Source of the DNA: an uncultured Methanosarcinales archaeon
GTDB taxonomy: Archaea; Halobacteriota; Methanosarcinia; Methanotrichales; Methanotrichaceae
NCBI GenBank assembly: GCA_963843555.1
Contig: CAWJKV010000005.1
Span: forward strand, 1-64,000
Reading direction: 5' to 3'
Length of the DNA: 64,000 bases
The position numbers and the translations under genes are program-made. The first letter of the stretch is position 1. Every line of letters begins with the position of its first letter. The notes below the pieces were generated by a model. That model made no database searches and was not told the DNA's origin. It was given only the letters and a program-made list of their open reading frames with translations. Below, piece by piece: positions 42,877 through 54,652 of this stretch.

Positions 42877-44181
42877 TTGATCCTTAGAACTCATTATTCA
42901 GGCGATATTACAGCAGAGATGGACGGAAAAGAGGTCACGCTGGCAGGCTTCGCCCACGAGTCTCGCGACTTGGGAGGCATAGCTTTCCTGGTGCTCCGAG
43001 ACAGAAAAGGCCTGGCTCAGATAACACTGGTCAAGAAGCTGCTCGGAAAGGAATTGTTCAAGAGCGCGCGCTCTATCAGCCGGGAGAGCGTCGTAATGGT
43101 TCGGGGAAATGTGAAGGCCGAGCCGAAAGCGCCCCGCGGATACGAGATCCTTCCCACAGAGATCATTGTTCTGAGTGCCGCCCAGGTGCCCTTGCCCCTG
43201 GACCCCACAGAGAAAGTGGAGTGCGAGTTGGACACTCGCCTGGACGCCAGGTTCATGGATATCAGAAGGCCCTGCGTTCTGGCTGCTTTCGAGATTGAGA
43301 GTGCAGTGCTTCGCAGCCTCAGAGATTATTTTTACAAAAAGGTAATTACTGAGGTCTTCACTCCTAAGATAGTGGCAGCGGCCACGGAAGGCGGAACGGA
43401 TCTCTTCCCCATCAGCTACTTTGAGAAGGAGGCCTTTCTGAACCAGAGCCCACAGCTCTACAAGCAGATGCTCATGGGTGCGGGCATGGACAAGGTCTTC
43501 GAGATCGGGCCGATCTTCCGGGCGGAGGAGCACGACACACGCCGCCACCTAAATGAAGCCATATCCATCGACCTTGAGGTCAGCTTTGCCGACGACAAAG
43601 ATGTAATGGGGATACTGGAAGAGGCAGTAGCCGGGGCTTATGAGCACGTAGCTCAGAGCTGCCGCTACCAGTTGGAGGTCCTGGGCCTGGATTTGCAGGT
43701 ACCAAAGCTTCCCTTTAAGAGAATCACTTACACTGAGGCGTTGGAGCTGGCGGGAGAGAAAGCGGGAGTGAAGATGCAGTGGGGAGATGATCTGGACACG
43801 GAGACGGAGAGGTTCCTGGGCGAGACCATCGGGGAACACTACTTCCTCACGGACTGGCCGTCCTCCATAAAGCCCTACTACACTCTACCTTATGAGGATA
43901 AACCCGAGGTCTGCCGTGGTTTTGATCTCATGCACCCGCGCATGGAGCTGGCCAGCGGAGCGCAGAGGGTACATGACTACAACCAGCTTGTAGAGCGCAT
44001 AAAAGAGAAAGGTCTGGATCCAGACGGCTTCGAGTTCTACCTAATGGCCTTCCGCTACGGCATGCCACCTCATGCCGGCTGGGGGCTGGGCCTCTCCCGG
44101 CTGGTCATGACTATGCTTAAACTTGAGAACATTCGCGATGCCGTGATCTTCCCCCGGGACAGAAAGCGTCTGGTGCCCTGA
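42877..44181 (+). CDS. aspS: Aspartyl-tRNA synthetase (archaeal, probably non-discriminating)
   Basis: [46 protein letters not shown]. Confidence 0.96.
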   Translation: MILRTHYSGDITAEMDGKEVTLAGFAHESRDLGGIAFLVLRDRKGLAQITLVKKLLGKELFKSARSISRESVVMVRGNVKAEPKAPRGYEILPTEIIVLSAAQVPLPLDPTEKVECELDTRLDARFMDIRRPCVLAAFEIESAVLRSLRDYFYKKVITEVFTPKIVAAATEGGTDLFPISYFEKEAFLNQSPQLYKQMLMGAGMDKVFEIGPIFRAEEHDTRRHLNEAISIDLEVSFADDKDVMGILEEAVAGAYEHVAQSCRYQLEVLGLDLQVPKLPFKRITYTEALELAGEKAGVKMQWGDDLDTETERFLGETIGEHYFLTDWPSSIKPYYTLPYEDKPEVCRGFDLMHPRMELASGAQRVHDYNQLVERIKEKGLDPDGFEFYLMAFRYGMPPHAGWGLGLSRLVMTMLKLENIRDAVIFPRDRKRLVP

Positions 44182-44232
44182 AGACCGAACGCCTGGCGCC
44201 TCGGCGCCCGTTCGGTCTTCGTTTTCTTTTTT
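44180..44232 (+). terminator. Strong hairpin plus T tract after aspS
   Basis: GAAGACCGAAC...GTTCGGTCTTC followed by GTTTTCTTTTTT. Confidence 0.7.
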
Positions 44233-44420
44233 CATTGCGTTGTCTTCGGAACGCCAAAATGGTTCTTAATTGAGCAACTCTTGAAGCTCGCCAAAAAAGC
44301 AAAGGCCGGACAGTTCTTTTTGGGAATGTGATGAGGCCGGTCAAGGAACCGGCCGAAGATTTCGAACAGGCCAGTGGAGCGGCTGGCCTGCGCATGAACC
44401 TCTAAGATAACAGAGTCTCT

Positions 44421-44693
44421 TTAGACCTCATCCAACTTATCGATGCCCACTTTCTTTACCTTGGGCTTCCAGATCTTATCCGGCATCCAGGCAGGCGCGC
44501 CTTTGGGCTTGTCCACCTGTACCCTCTCTCCTACAAAGACATGCACTTTCTTGGTACCGCGTTCGCGCAACTTGATATCCGTGTATCCCCGGTTGGCGGC
44601 CTTGAGGGCAGCTTGCCTGGGCGATTTTCCTGTAAAAACTCCAATCTCGTTGCCCTGTGCGTCCCTCAGGGCGAAATTTCTCATTTCAGCCAT
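44421..44693 (-). CDS. Non-histone chromosomal protein MC1
   Basis: RNFALRD..G.E.GVFTGKSPRQAALKAA..LRERGTKKVHVF..PAWMP. Confidence 0.93.
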   Translation of the reverse strand: MAEMRNFALRDAQGNEIGVFTGKSPRQAALKAANRGYTDIKLRERGTKKVHVFVGERVQVDKPKGAPAWMPDKIWKPKVKKVGIDKLDEV

Positions 44694-45173
44694 ATTTTCC
44701 CTCCTACGTTGATATGATATGCGTCTCTGATGCGGTATATTAATTTAATCCAAAAGTATCATCCATTAAGCACTTCCAGAAGATGTCCTATGCAGCAGAT
44801 GTATTTGCAGAAACAGTGAAAATCAGCACAGATACAGGAAATGTTTTTTAAAAATATTGCTAAAAAGCATCCTGTGTCGTGCCTTTACATCCTTATTATG
44901 TGGTTTTGCTCTCATCTGTAACCCGCACTCTGCTGGTCCCTCCAGTCGCCAGACTTCATATCCCATAGGCCAAGCGTCTCGCAGACGAGACCTATGAAGA
45001 CGGGGTGGAATGGTGGACATGATCCGCTTCCGAACCACCGACCTGACCCGCATCATCTCCCGGGTGTGGTGCGATTGCGGCGGACTGGGTTTCCATGATG
45101 TTCAGATGAGGCTCAGGCGAGACTTAAAGCTAAATAAGATACAACCTTAGACCACCTCCAGAGGTTTGATAAT

Positions 45174-46379
45174 TTGAAAACTAGCAGTTTATGCTTTTGT
45201 CTTCTTGCCCTGCTCCTGGGCGCAGGAGCGGCAGCCGGCCAGGGCATGTCCCCATTGCAGTCCATGGACATGACCGGCGGAGCCTTTAATGAAGATTTCG
45301 TGAATAGCCTGTTTGGTATCGGCTCCGGCGTGGCCTCAGAGGCAGGCGGTCCCTGGTTCGGCCCCGAGTTTGATAACTCCAGCAGCGCAAGTTCCTTCTT
45401 CAGCGAGTTCTACATGGGTACCAGCATTCCCGTGATCAGTGGATCTGCGCCCGTGAAGATCGATGTCACACATCAGATGCCTTCCAAGATATACTTCGGC
45501 AGCGGCCAGGAAGTTCTGTACACCCAATATCAGTCTGCGATGGCTTCCAGCAGAGGAAATGAGCTCTGGATACAGAAGGGGGCGGATTGGTCCCAGTATG
45601 CCATAGTTCCTGTCGGGACAGGTATGCAGTTCATCGCTTTTGCGCCAGCGGGCGGACAGGCCGATTATTATGAGATCATCCAGACGGATTCTATGAATAT
45701 AACCGGCAAGCGAATGAACTTCTACTCCGGCTACAATAGCCTGAACTTCATGGCGGACAAAGTTGGCCGGCACATTTTCTTGTTCGTGCTCAACAACCAG
45801 CCCAGCAACTCCATCATTGTCGATGTGATCAGCCAGGCGCCGCCCGCCCAGCAGACACCCCCAGCCCAGCAGGCGGGAGCCGCAGGGCAGATGCCACCCT
45901 CCACAAATCCGCCCACAGGCTATAGCACACAGAATCCGGCCACGAGCGGCTATGGACAGCCAGCCGCTACATCCACACCGTACCCGCCCGCAGGCACATC
46001 CAGTCAGTACCAGTCTGCAGCCTCATCGACACAGTACCAGCCTGCAAGTTCGTCGACTCAGTACCAAACTTACAGCTCAACCTCGACTTACCCGCCCCAG
46101 ACGGGAGGCACAGCCGGGGATACCCCCGTGACCATCCAGACGACAATGAGGGGCTATGATGTCTATGTCGATGGTGCGATGATTGGCAAAGACGGCGCAA
46201 ATGGTGATGCGCTGGATGGCGTCTTCAGATTCAATGTAGTTGGCGGCCAGACGCACACCATAAGGATCTTCGACGGGGCGAACAATTATGAGAAGCCCAT
46301 GTACTTCGATAGAGGCGTCCCCAAGGTGATAAACGTACCCGCGGCCACTACTGTTTATACCACTGGCATGCCCTATTGA
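45174..46379 (+). CDS. Secreted protein with S/T/Q/P-rich linker and PEGA-like C-terminal domain
   Basis: Signal peptide, low-complexity linker, GYDVYVDG..IG motif. Confidence 0.72.
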   Translation: MKTSSLCFCLLALLLGAGAAAGQGMSPLQSMDMTGGAFNEDFVNSLFGIGSGVASEAGGPWFGPEFDNSSSASSFFSEFYMGTSIPVISGSAPVKIDVTHQMPSKIYFGSGQEVLYTQYQSAMASSRGNELWIQKGADWSQYAIVPVGTGMQFIAFAPAGGQADYYEIIQTDSMNITGKRMNFYSGYNSLNFMADKVGRHIFLFVLNNQPSNSIIVDVISQAPPAQQTPPAQQAGAAGQMPPSTNPPTGYSTQNPATSGYGQPAATSTPYPPAGTSSQYQSAASSTQYQPASSSTQYQTYSSTSTYPPQTGGTAGDTPVTIQTTMRGYDVYVDGAMIGKDGANGDALDGVFRFNVVGGQTHTIRIFDGANNYEKPMYFDRGVPKVINVPAATTVYTTGMPY

Positions 46380-46905
46380 GACTACCGATTGAAGCTACCT
46401 GTTTGATCAAAGGAACAGGGATTTCTAGTTCAATCTTTTTCGCATGAAAACATCAAGAAAACAGGATGGGATGACTACCCGCATCCCTCCTTTAACCTTT
46501 TCTTCACTTATCCTGCTTGACTGATGGTCTTTGCCATCTCGTAAATATCCATTCATGCTTAAAGGCAAGACGCAACTGGGTATTTTTGGCTCATTCTTCT
46601 TAACCTCAGGTCCTTGACTTGTGATGCTTAGAGTCGCGCTTCGTGATCTTCCAGTTCGAAGCTTTCCAGCTGATTGGTAGACTGCAGGCACTATGCCAAA
46701 GCGCATTTTTCAGCTTATCAGCATCCTGAAAATCCCTGTATCTGTATTCTCCGTCTCCCACAGCCAAAAGGGCAAGGACACCCTTTTCCGGCAGGAAAAG
46801 TCTTTGCGATTGAGTATGTCACTTACTTTTCTTCGAGGTCCAGGCGCGTCATCCACCCACGGCTATTTTTCAGAATGCTCTGCAACAAAAAATGTGCCCG
46901 GCAGC

Positions 46906-47361
46906 TCATTCGCGTACGAATGCTGCAATCTCGTCATCGAGTTCTTCTGCAGCCTTTCGCAGCGTGGCATCCCCCAGGCCTTTGAGTTTTGCCAGATCCC
47001 GGCGCAAAGGTCCCAGACGGAAAGCCGCCCCAGAACCTTCTCTTTGCAATGCTGTTTTTCGAAGCCTCTCCAGCCTCTCTGTCATGGCATCCGAATGGCG
47101 CAGCAGATCTGATAGCTCCCGCAGGGCCTTGGCGATCCGTTTGCCACGGTCGGTCAGTTCCAGGTACCTGATTCTGCCAACAGGACGGGACTTGACCAGC
47201 CCCTGGGCCTCCAGCTCGGAGAGTATGCTGGAGGTATGGGGGAAAGTGGAGTCTATGCGCTTAGCAATCATGGCGGCATAAGCCGACTGCATATCCCCCA
47301 CGGCCAAAAGGGCCAGGACAGGCTTCTCCCGGAGGAAAAGCCGCTGCAATGGATCTTGCAT
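46906..47361 (-). CDS. MarR-like wHTH transcriptional regulator
   Basis: YAAMIAKRIDSTFPHTSSILSELEAQGLV...GRIRYLELTDRG. Confidence 0.82.
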   Translation of the reverse strand: MQDPLQRLFLREKPVLALLAVGDMQSAYAAMIAKRIDSTFPHTSSILSELEAQGLVKSRPVGRIRYLELTDRGKRIAKALRELSDLLRHSDAMTERLERLRKTALQREGSGAAFRLGPLRRDLAKLKGLGDATLRKAAEELDDEIAAFVRE

Positions 47362-47376
47362 GGATACTGCAGTCGC

Positions 47377-48366
47377 TCAAGTTTGCCCAGTCGCTTGCGG
47401 TTGCATCGTGGTCGGGCGGATGACAGTGGCTGAAAGAGCCTCCTCCGGCAGGATTACTTCCACTGGCTTATCGAAGTCGGAATACAGATCGTTCGTCTCT
47501 ATGTTGATCGAGACAGGAGGTAGCTTCCTCGATTGATTATACATCATCATCTGACTGGTATTGATATCCAGTTGACCCACGATCTCTGGCGTCATCTGGA
47601 AGCTTGTGAGACTCTGGTACTTCACAGGCAGGTAGCTGCTCTTTGAGATCCAGATCGCTTTCTCCATCTTGGCAGTCTCATTCAGTTCCGTTTTATTGAC
47701 CGCTGGCATATACATGGGGTACTGGGTCAACTGGGCTGCTATGCTAGAGGCGGTATTATAGAGATTGTCGTAATCCGCGCTTCCTGTAACTATATTAAAT
47801 TTGTAAGCGTCTTCGCCATTGACCGTCTCCGAGCCGGCCTCTTCTACAGCCGACTGGTTGAACATCTCGGCCATGGCCTTCACCTGATTATTGCTGCCCT
47901 GGCCCCAGATCTCTTCCGCGGATCTGGGATCCTGGAGATGGGTCCAATTGCCGCTCTCATCCTGGATATAGGTCGAATTTCCTAATTGGTAGACAACAGC
48001 CAATGTAGAGCGGGCGTTTGCAGGGTTCGCGGGCGAGCCTGATTGCTCCATCTGGTTCTTTGTTGAGCCGTTCGCCTGAGCCTGGAAGCTTGACAGGTTC
48101 ACAGAGGCGATAGTCTCTGCGCTCTCAGTCACGGTGGTCACATTCTCAGGGGCTTTCGCCACGTCTCCATAGAGCTTCCATATCTGAGACACTGAACTCT
48201 TGAAGCTGTAGCTGGTCAGGTTCTCTGCGGAAGATATCGACATCGTTTTCAGTTCTTCCACGTTCCCGGTTGTTCCACTTGTCCCGCTTGTCTCACTGGG
48301 GCCTTTCTCCGTGCAGCCGGAGATGGCCACGGTAATTATCACAAGAACTAGCAATAATCTCTTCAT
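47377..48366 (-). CDS. Lipoprotein, LppX/DUF6612-like (paralog of 7371-8903)
   Basis: Lipobox AISGC; shared SYSF, GNWT, GSE.V.G.D.YK, WI.K...L.K and V.LP.EA motifs. Confidence 0.78.
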   Translation of the reverse strand: MKRLLLVLVIITVAISGCTEKGPSETSGTSGTTGNVEELKTMSISSAENLTSYSFKSSVSQIWKLYGDVAKAPENVTTVTESAETIASVNLSSFQAQANGSTKNQMEQSGSPANPANARSTLAVVYQLGNSTYIQDESGNWTHLQDPRSAEEIWGQGSNNQVKAMAEMFNQSAVEEAGSETVNGEDAYKFNIVTGSADYDNLYNTASSIAAQLTQYPMYMPAVNKTELNETAKMEKAIWISKSSYLPVKYQSLTSFQMTPEIVGQLDINTSQMMMYNQSRKLPPVSINIETNDLYSDFDKPVEVILPEEALSATVIRPTTMQPQATGQT

Positions 48367-48487
48367 GATATCATCTCTAAATAATTTCTGGAGGATAGAT
48401 TAGCATCCCCAATCGTTGGAGAGAGGATGCTAATGGCTTAAATTCTTTCCGATTTTTCTCAAACATGCTTATGCATCGATTAAAGCT

Positions 48488-49409
48488 TCAATAACGCTGG
48501 GCAGGTTTGAACTTCTCTCCCGTGATCATCTCGAAGAGTTTGATATAGATCCTGCCCGTCTCTTCCACAACGAGAGGTGGCAGAGCCGGTATGGGGGGCT
48601 CCTCCAGGCCGGCGTCTCTGGCCTCGTAGAGCTGATCTTTGTAGCCGGTCTGGCGATAGTACTGGCGCACGTACTCCTTGGAGAGGTCAACGAACTCTCC
48701 CGATTCGTAGCGAGCCTTATCCCAAAAACGGTCCTCGTCTGCCGTTCCATAGACATCGATCACCATTATTTGCCGGTCCTTATCAAAGGCCAGCTCTTTC
48801 TTGCCATCAACATGAATGAGGCCGCGAATGTTAACGCTCCTACCAATATCCTCATCGATCTTGAGGACAACCTCCCGGGCATCCTCATACTCCTGGGCAC
48901 TGAGCCCGGAGATCTCCAAGGCTTCAGCTTTTTCCAGCAATCTGTCGGTCTTCTCAAGTTTCGTGGAGACCTCCAGGAAAGGCTCGGGGAGGGGCTCGCC
49001 ATAGACCACTTTATGGCCGGAGGAGAAGCCCAGAGACCCGGCCGGAAACCTTTCCCTCCAATACCCGGTCATAGAGGGAGCCTGCCACATACCAGCGGCA
49101 GATGAACTCCAGGGGTATGAGGTAGTTGCGAGATCTGTTGGTGATCTGATGAGGCTGAATTATGTCCACCTTCTGGCAGATCATGCCGTTCGGGGGGATA
49201 TACTCAAGGAAGTGGGTCTTGATTCCCATCTTGCTGGCTCTTTCAAACCAGTAGACGCCCTCCCGGCTGAGGGTCTCGCCCTTAAAGGGAATGAGGCTGG
49301 GAATGATCTTGTCGAAGACAGAGATATTGTCCGTAAACCGAAACTCCAACCGGTCGCCCAGATCGTAGGCTTCCTTGACCTTGCCTTTCATCAAGAGCTT
49401 GCGTTCCAT
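48488..49409 (-). CDS. purC: SAICAR synthetase (frameshift near 49040)
   Basis: GKVKE, TDNISVFD, IPLEFICR, VDGKKE, GTADEDRFW, SKEYVRQ. Confidence 0.92.
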
Positions 49410-49480
49410 TGCAGGCCATGTATCTGGCAAGATAATAACACTTTTGCTTTTGATGAAAAAATGAGAAAAAAGAGAGGCTT

Positions 49481-51130
49481 TCAGTAGTCCTCTCCGCCCA
49501 TGCCACCTGGCATTCCGCCGGGCATGCCGCCAGGCATTCCGCCCGGTCCGCCGGACTTGGAGGCGATGACGTCGTCGATGCGCAGGATCATGACTGCAGC
49601 TTCAGCGGCGCTGTTGATCGCCTGAGTCTTCACACGCAGGGGCTCGACCACGCCCAGCTTCTGCATGTCCACAGGCTCGCCTGTGTCCATGTCCAGGCCT
49701 GCGCTCTTCACGCCCTTCTCATGCTGGCTGCGCAGAGCCACCAGGGAATCGATCTGGTCCAATCCGGCGTTCTCGGCCAGGGTCTTGGGTATGACTTCCA
49801 TGGAGTCGGCGAAGGCCTCAATGGCCAGCTGCTCGCGACCGCCCACGGTTGCGGCATATTCCCGCAGACGCAGGGCCAGTTCTACCTCAGGGGCACCGCC
49901 GCCTGGAACCAGCAGCTTGTCCTCGACGACAACGCCGACGACGCGCAGAGCATCTTCCATGGCCCGGTTCAGCTCATCGACCACGTGCTCAGTTCCGCCT
50001 CTCAGGATGATGGATACAGACTTGGGGTTCTCGCACTCTTCGACGAAGGTCATCTTCTCGTCGCCGATCTTTCTCTCTTCAACGAGGCCTGCCTTTCCCA
50101 GGTCCTTTTCTGTCAGGTCGTGGATGCTGGTGACAACCCTTCCGCCCGTAGCTCGCGCCAGCTTCTCCATGTCGCTCTTCTTGACGCGGCGGACGGTGTA
50201 GATGCCGGCCTTGGCCAGGAAGTGCTGGGCCAGGTCGTCGATGCCTTTCTGGCAGAAGACGACGTTAGCGCCCGTCTTGAGGATAGCATCTACCATGCCC
50301 TTGAGCATGGTCTCTTCCTGATCCAGGAAAGCCTGCAGCTGATCGGGAGAGGTGATCTCGATCTTGGCGTCGACCTCGGTCTTCTCGATCTCGATGGCTG
50401 CATTGAGCATAGCGATCCTGGCGCCTGTGACCTTCTTGGGCATATTGGGATGGAGCCTATCCTTGTCGATCACCATGCCGTGTACGAGCTCGGAGTCGGT
50501 TATGCCGCCGCCCACTTTCTTCTCTACGGTGATGTTGTCGGTGTCTACAGTTCCGTCCTCGTCGACGACGGCCTTGACGGCTTCCACAGCCAGCGCGGCC
50601 AGCTCTTCTCGAGCCGTGCCGGAGCCCTTGCCGGTCATGGCGGTGATGGCGACCCTCTTCAGGAACTCGGTATCTTTTACAGAGACGCTTACGGCGATGG
50701 TCTTCAGGATCTCCAGGGATTTGTCGGCTGCTGCCCTGTAGCCTGCTGCAATGACCGTGGGATGGATATCCTGATCCAGCAGCCCCTCGGCCTGCTTGAG
50801 CAATTCTCCTGCCAGGACCACGGCGGTGGTGGTGCCGTCTCCGACCTCTGCATCCTGGGTCTTGGCGATCTCCACCATCATCTTGGCGGCGGGGTGCTCG
50901 ATGTCCATCTCCTTGAGAATGGTGACTCCGTCGTTGGTTATTACCACATCTCCAAGGTTATCGACCATCATCTTGTCCATGCCCTTCGGACCAAGGGTCG
51001 TTCTGACGGCGCCGGCGACTGCCTTGGCGGCCATGATATTCGACTTCTGTGCTTCGCGGCCTGCCGTTCTCTGGCTGCCTTCTTTGAGAATGATTATGGG
51101 TGACTGTCCACCGAATTGTCCTGCTGCCAT
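49481..51130 (-). CDS. ths: Thermosome (group II chaperonin) subunit
   Basis: [23 protein letters not shown]-terminal GGMP repeats. Confidence 0.96.
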   Translation of the reverse strand: MAAGQFGGQSPIIILKEGSQRTAGREAQKSNIMAAKAVAGAVRTTLGPKGMDKMMVDNLGDVVITNDGVTILKEMDIEHPAAKMMVEIAKTQDAEVGDGTTTAVVLAGELLKQAEGLLDQDIHPTVIAAGYRAAADKSLEILKTIAVSVSVKDTEFLKRVAITAMTGKGSGTAREELAALAVEAVKAVVDEDGTVDTDNITVEKKVGGGITDSELVHGMVIDKDRLHPNMPKKVTGARIAMLNAAIEIEKTEVDAKIEITSPDQLQAFLDQEETMLKGMVDAILKTGANVVFCQKGIDDLAQHFLAKAGIYTVRRVKKSDMEKLARATGGRVVTSIHDLTEKDLGKAGLVEERKIGDEKMTFVEECENPKSVSIILRGGTEHVVDELNRAMEDALRVVGVVVEDKLLVPGGGAPEVELALRLREYAATVGGREQLAIEAFADSMEVIPKTLAENAGLDQIDSLVALRSQHEKGVKSAGLDMDTGEPVDMQKLGVVEPLRVKTQAINSAAEAAVMILRIDDVIASKSGGPGGMPGGMPGGMPGGMGGEDY

Positions 51131-51387
51131 TCAATTACCTCCAATTTTATGGGTTCAAAGTGTGATATCGGGTGTTTGAACTTCTATATGAAGGTATTCC
51201 TGGAAAGCTTGGAAGGTTCTGTTGCGTTTGTGGGGTGGTGCGCTTATGGTGGTGCAAATCGTGGTGGTCGGAAACGAGAAATCATGAGATACGTATCGGG
51301 TCGCATATGGAACCTATGGAGCCACGCCAGCAGAGGCAGCAGATGTAGGGTTCGAAGAGGAATAGATCTGGTGGGTTGAGTGGAGCA

Positions 51388-51759
51388 TCAAAAATCGACA
51401 TCGTTGAACATTAAGCTCTGGGCTATTTTCATATTGACTTTTCGTTTAAGATCGTCGTCAGCTACTCCAATGATGCCTTCACAGTACTTCTTGTCAAGAA
51501 TCATGATTTTATCAATTGAGAGAACAGATATTTCTTTCAATCGGGCGTTTGTATAGGAAGGCGTTCCTGGCAAGATAAGCAAGTCAGTTGGCAATAGTTT
51601 TGCAGGAATCTGACCCGTTATATATGCCACAGTCACATCCAAATATCCTTCGTATAGAACCAACGCTGGCCTTAGCTTTTCAGCGCTGAAATCTGTATAT
51701 GGAAACCAAACTAAAACAATACTTCCCTTGGGTGTCTTTGGTGGTTCCCCCGACATCAT
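51388..51759 (-). CDS. PemK/MazF-family toxin
   Basis: GSIVLVWFPYTD...KLRPALVL...ITGQ. Confidence 0.85.
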   Translation of the reverse strand: MMSGEPPKTPKGSIVLVWFPYTDFSAEKLRPALVLYEGYLDVTVAYITGQIPAKLLPTDLLILPGTPSYTNARLKEISVLSIDKIMILDKKYCEGIIGVADDDLKRKVNMKIAQSLMFNDVDF

Positions 51760-51781
51760 GTAATCACCAAAGAGGCTACTC

Positions 51782-52012
51782 TTATCTAAACCTAATTTTC
51801 AGGTCATCTACTGTATAGATATCCGCTTCCTTCTCTATAAGTGGCGCTAAGGTTAGCACAGAAGCTCGCATAAGATCCATAACAATTGCCCTATCATCCT
51901 CAAAAGAGGTTTCAGGCGAAACTTCTCCCTGCGTCGCTGTTTCCTGACGTATAAGAGCCCTATTCCTTGTCGGAATCATTTGGTTCTTCTCATAGAGGTT
52001 ATCTGAGCACAC
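51782..52012 (-). CDS. Putative antitoxin
   Basis: Small ORF directly upstream of the toxin; acidic C-terminus EKEADIYTVDDLK. Confidence 0.6.
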   Translation of the reverse strand: MCSDNLYEKNQMIPTRNRALIRQETATQGEVSPETSFEDDRAIVMDLMRASVLTLAPLIEKEADIYTVDDLKIRFR

Positions 52013-52376
52013 GATGTTATCCTCTTACTGGTTGCATCGGTAGATTTTGATAACAATATCTACGTAAAGCCAGGTATTTAAGATTAAGCTTATGGTTATA
52101 CTTAGAGGCCCAGTCAATTTAATTCTTTTATATTTATTCATTTACATAGCTCTAATATTCCTCTAAAAAGATTTCAAGATCGAACCCAGGAGCCGGACGT
52201 CTTTATGCCCTTCTCAACGTTCATTTCCTGACTTATCATATAGTTCAGAAGCAAGAGGACGCAGATATTTCCTGCCAACTCCAAACGGGCAAGAAACTGA
52301 GCTCTGTAAAAGAGAAAGACCTGCATCATGGACGAAGTAACGGTTGAAGAGCTTCATCTGCTGGTTACATTCTCTC

Positions 52377-54137
52377 TTAAACTTCCTCAACAGGATAATA
52401 GTACTCGCCCTGATCCTTTTGCATCCTATCCAGACGGGACTCCGGTTTGTTAACCCTTGGCCTGCGTGTCTCCTCATCACGCCTGAATGTTATACCGATC
52501 CCCTTCAGGAAGGCATTCATGCCCTCCCGCATCTCTAGAGGGGTGTGGGCTATTCCCAGGGTTCCGGGAATGCCGTCAAAGACCATCAAACGCTCACTGA
52601 GCAGGTCAATGAGATAGATGTCATGGTCCACCACAAGAACGGTCTTCTCTGTGGACTCGGCGAAGCGCCTCATGACCTTGGCTGCCAGCATTCTCTGCTC
52701 CACATCCAGATGGGCGGACGGCTCATCCAGCAGATAGAGGTCTGCTTCCCGGCTGAGGCATGCAGTTATGGCCACACGCTGCAGCTCGCCTCCGGACAGC
52801 TCTGTCAGAATCTGGTCCATAAAAGGCTCCAGGCCCATGGGCTTCAGGATCTCGGCCTGATAGTAACTGCTGTCGAAGTCGCGGGTCACGCTGCGCAGCA
52901 GGCTCCGCACAGTCATATCGGAGTCTGCCTTGAGGTACTGGGGCTTGTAGGATATCTTGAGCTGGCTATCAAAATCACCCCACGTGGGCTTCTCCACACC
53001 GGCCAGGACCTTGATATATGTACTCTTTCCGATTCCGTTTGGTCCCAGTATGCCCACCACCTCTCCGCGGCGAATGATGCCGGGCTCGGCCTCAAGCCGG
53101 AATGATGAATACTGCATGGCAAATGCGTTGTAGGCAATGAGCGTGGGGATCTCCTTTTCTATCCTTGGAGCATGCACCTCAAAGCTGATGGAGGTATCGC
53201 GGAACCGCACGTTCTCTTCTGGCAGGTTGCCCCGCAGGTACTGGTTGATGCCCACCCGTACCCCTTTGGGCCTGGTTATGACTCCGTAGGCTCCGGGAAC
53301 GCCGTAAATGAGATGAACATTATCTGCCAGAAGATCGAGCAACGCCAGGTCGTGCTCCACCACCATGACCGCCTTTTCTTTGGCCAGGCTCTGCAAGATG
53401 CGAGCGGAGTTGATGCGCTGGTAAATATCAAGATACGGGCTTATCTCATCGAAGAAATAGAAATCCGCGTCCCGCGCCGCCGTGGCTGCGATGGCGACCC
53501 GCTGCAGCTCGCCACCGCTGAGGCTCGATATCTCCCGATCCATCAACGTTGATATGGAAAGCTGTGCAGTCAGATCCTTTAAAGCACCCCGCTCATCGGT
53601 CTTTTCCAGGAGACCGGAAACCATTCCCGAATAGCTCTTAGGGATGCGGTCCACATACTGAGGCTTATAAGAGGTCTTGACACCCTTATCCACTACCCGT
53701 CTCAGGTAGTCTCCCAGGATTGAGCCTGCAAAACGCTGCAATACATCATCCCAGGAGGCATTCTTTCCCAGGTTTGGCCTGAGGATGCCGGAGAGTATGG
53801 ATATGGCCGTGCTCTTTCCTATGCCGTTGGGGCCCAATATTCCCGTGACCCGGCCATCAACCGGCACAGGCAAACCATATAGCGCGAAGCCGTTCTGGCC
53901 GTATCTGTGAACTGGATCCTCCATCTCTTCAGGCAGGTTGGTGATGGTGATTGCCCCAAAGGGGCATTTACGCACACAAATACCGCAGCCTACACAGAGA
54001 TTTTCGGTTATGAGAGGCTTGCTATCCAAAAAGACGATGGTCTCATCGCCAGTACGAACAGGCGGGCAGAAGTACTCGCATTCCTTGGAACACTTTCTGG
54101 GCTGGCAGCGATCGCGATTTATGATGGCTATCCTCAT
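52377..54137 (-). CDS. Ribosome recycling ATPase ABCE1/RLI
   Basis: Fe-S domain (CQPRKC..C...CVGCGICVRKCPF), two GPNGIGKST/LSGGELQR ABC domains. Confidence 0.96.
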   Translation of the reverse strand: MRIAIINRDRCQPRKCSKECEYFCPPVRTGDETIVFLDSKPLITENLCVGCGICVRKCPFGAITITNLPEEMEDPVHRYGQNGFALYGLPVPVDGRVTGILGPNGIGKSTAISILSGILRPNLGKNASWDDVLQRFAGSILGDYLRRVVDKGVKTSYKPQYVDRIPKSYSGMVSGLLEKTDERGALKDLTAQLSISTLMDREISSLSGGELQRVAIAATAARDADFYFFDEISPYLDIYQRINSARILQSLAKEKAVMVVEHDLALLDLLADNVHLIYGVPGAYGVITRPKGVRVGINQYLRGNLPEENVRFRDTSISFEVHAPRIEKEIPTLIAYNAFAMQYSSFRLEAEPGIIRRGEVVGILGPNGIGKSTYIKVLAGVEKPTWGDFDSQLKISYKPQYLKADSDMTVRSLLRSVTRDFDSSYYQAEILKPMGLEPFMDQILTELSGGELQRVAITACLSREADLYLLDEPSAHLDVEQRMLAAKVMRRFAESTEKTVLVVDHDIYLIDLLSERLMVFDGIPGTLGIAHTPLEMREGMNAFLKGIGITFRRDEETRRPRVNKPESRLDRMQKDQGEYYYPVEEV

Positions 54138-54144
54138 ATTTACC

Positions 54145-54570
54145 TCAGTTCAGAAGGATTGTCCATGTAACCAGCCAGAGGGCTACCATAATAAACTCCA
54201 CATAGAGCCAGTCTTTGTTTTTAAAGCTTGCCGCGTCTACCTTCAGGAAGGGGTAGGTGAACTTTTGAATGAGGGCGGTGACAAGGATTACAGATATCAT
54301 TACAAAATGCCAGGAGAGGTCGCCTATTTGCCAGTGGTTTTCCCCAACTTCACCTGCTACAAAATAGCAGGCAAAGCCCGCTATGACTCCCAGAACTGCG
54401 GGATATACTGTCTTTATTATTCCATCTATGCGGTCTTTTCTACGCTCGGCTTCGCTCTTGGGCTTGGCTTTGGGCGGCGCTTTGGCGATGCGTTCATTCT
54501 GATTTTCCTGGGATCCTGCGCCAGGCCCTTGGGTATCCTTATTACCAGCCTTCTTTCCTTTCTTGGCCAT
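54145..54570 (-). CDS. Archaeal EMC6-like membrane protein
   Basis: 3 TM helices, KDWLYVEF...WLVTWTILLN; conserved neighbour of ABCE1. Confidence 0.7.
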   Translation of the reverse strand: MAKKGKKAGNKDTQGPGAGSQENQNERIAKAPPKAKPKSEAERRKDRIDGIIKTVYPAVLGVIAGFACYFVAGEVGENHWQIGDLSWHFVMISVILVTALIQKFTYPFLKVDAASFKNKDWLYVEFIMVALWLVTWTILLN

Positions 54571-54652
54571 CGAACCCTTGGATTGCATTATATGATAATA
54601 GCGTTTTGGTCCGGGAAAAGTCCAAGTACTATAACTTTCAAGAGCCAATCAT

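Noticed and set aside
46420..46900. Possible gene in the gap after the PEGA-like protein
   Set aside because: Only short overlapping ORFs with no recognisable motif; cannot be supported.
49665..51179. Long plus-strand ORFs antisense to the thermosome gene (and similar shadows over nrdJ, glnA and cbi genes)
   Set aside because: Shadow ORFs caused by GC-rich codon bias of the real gene.
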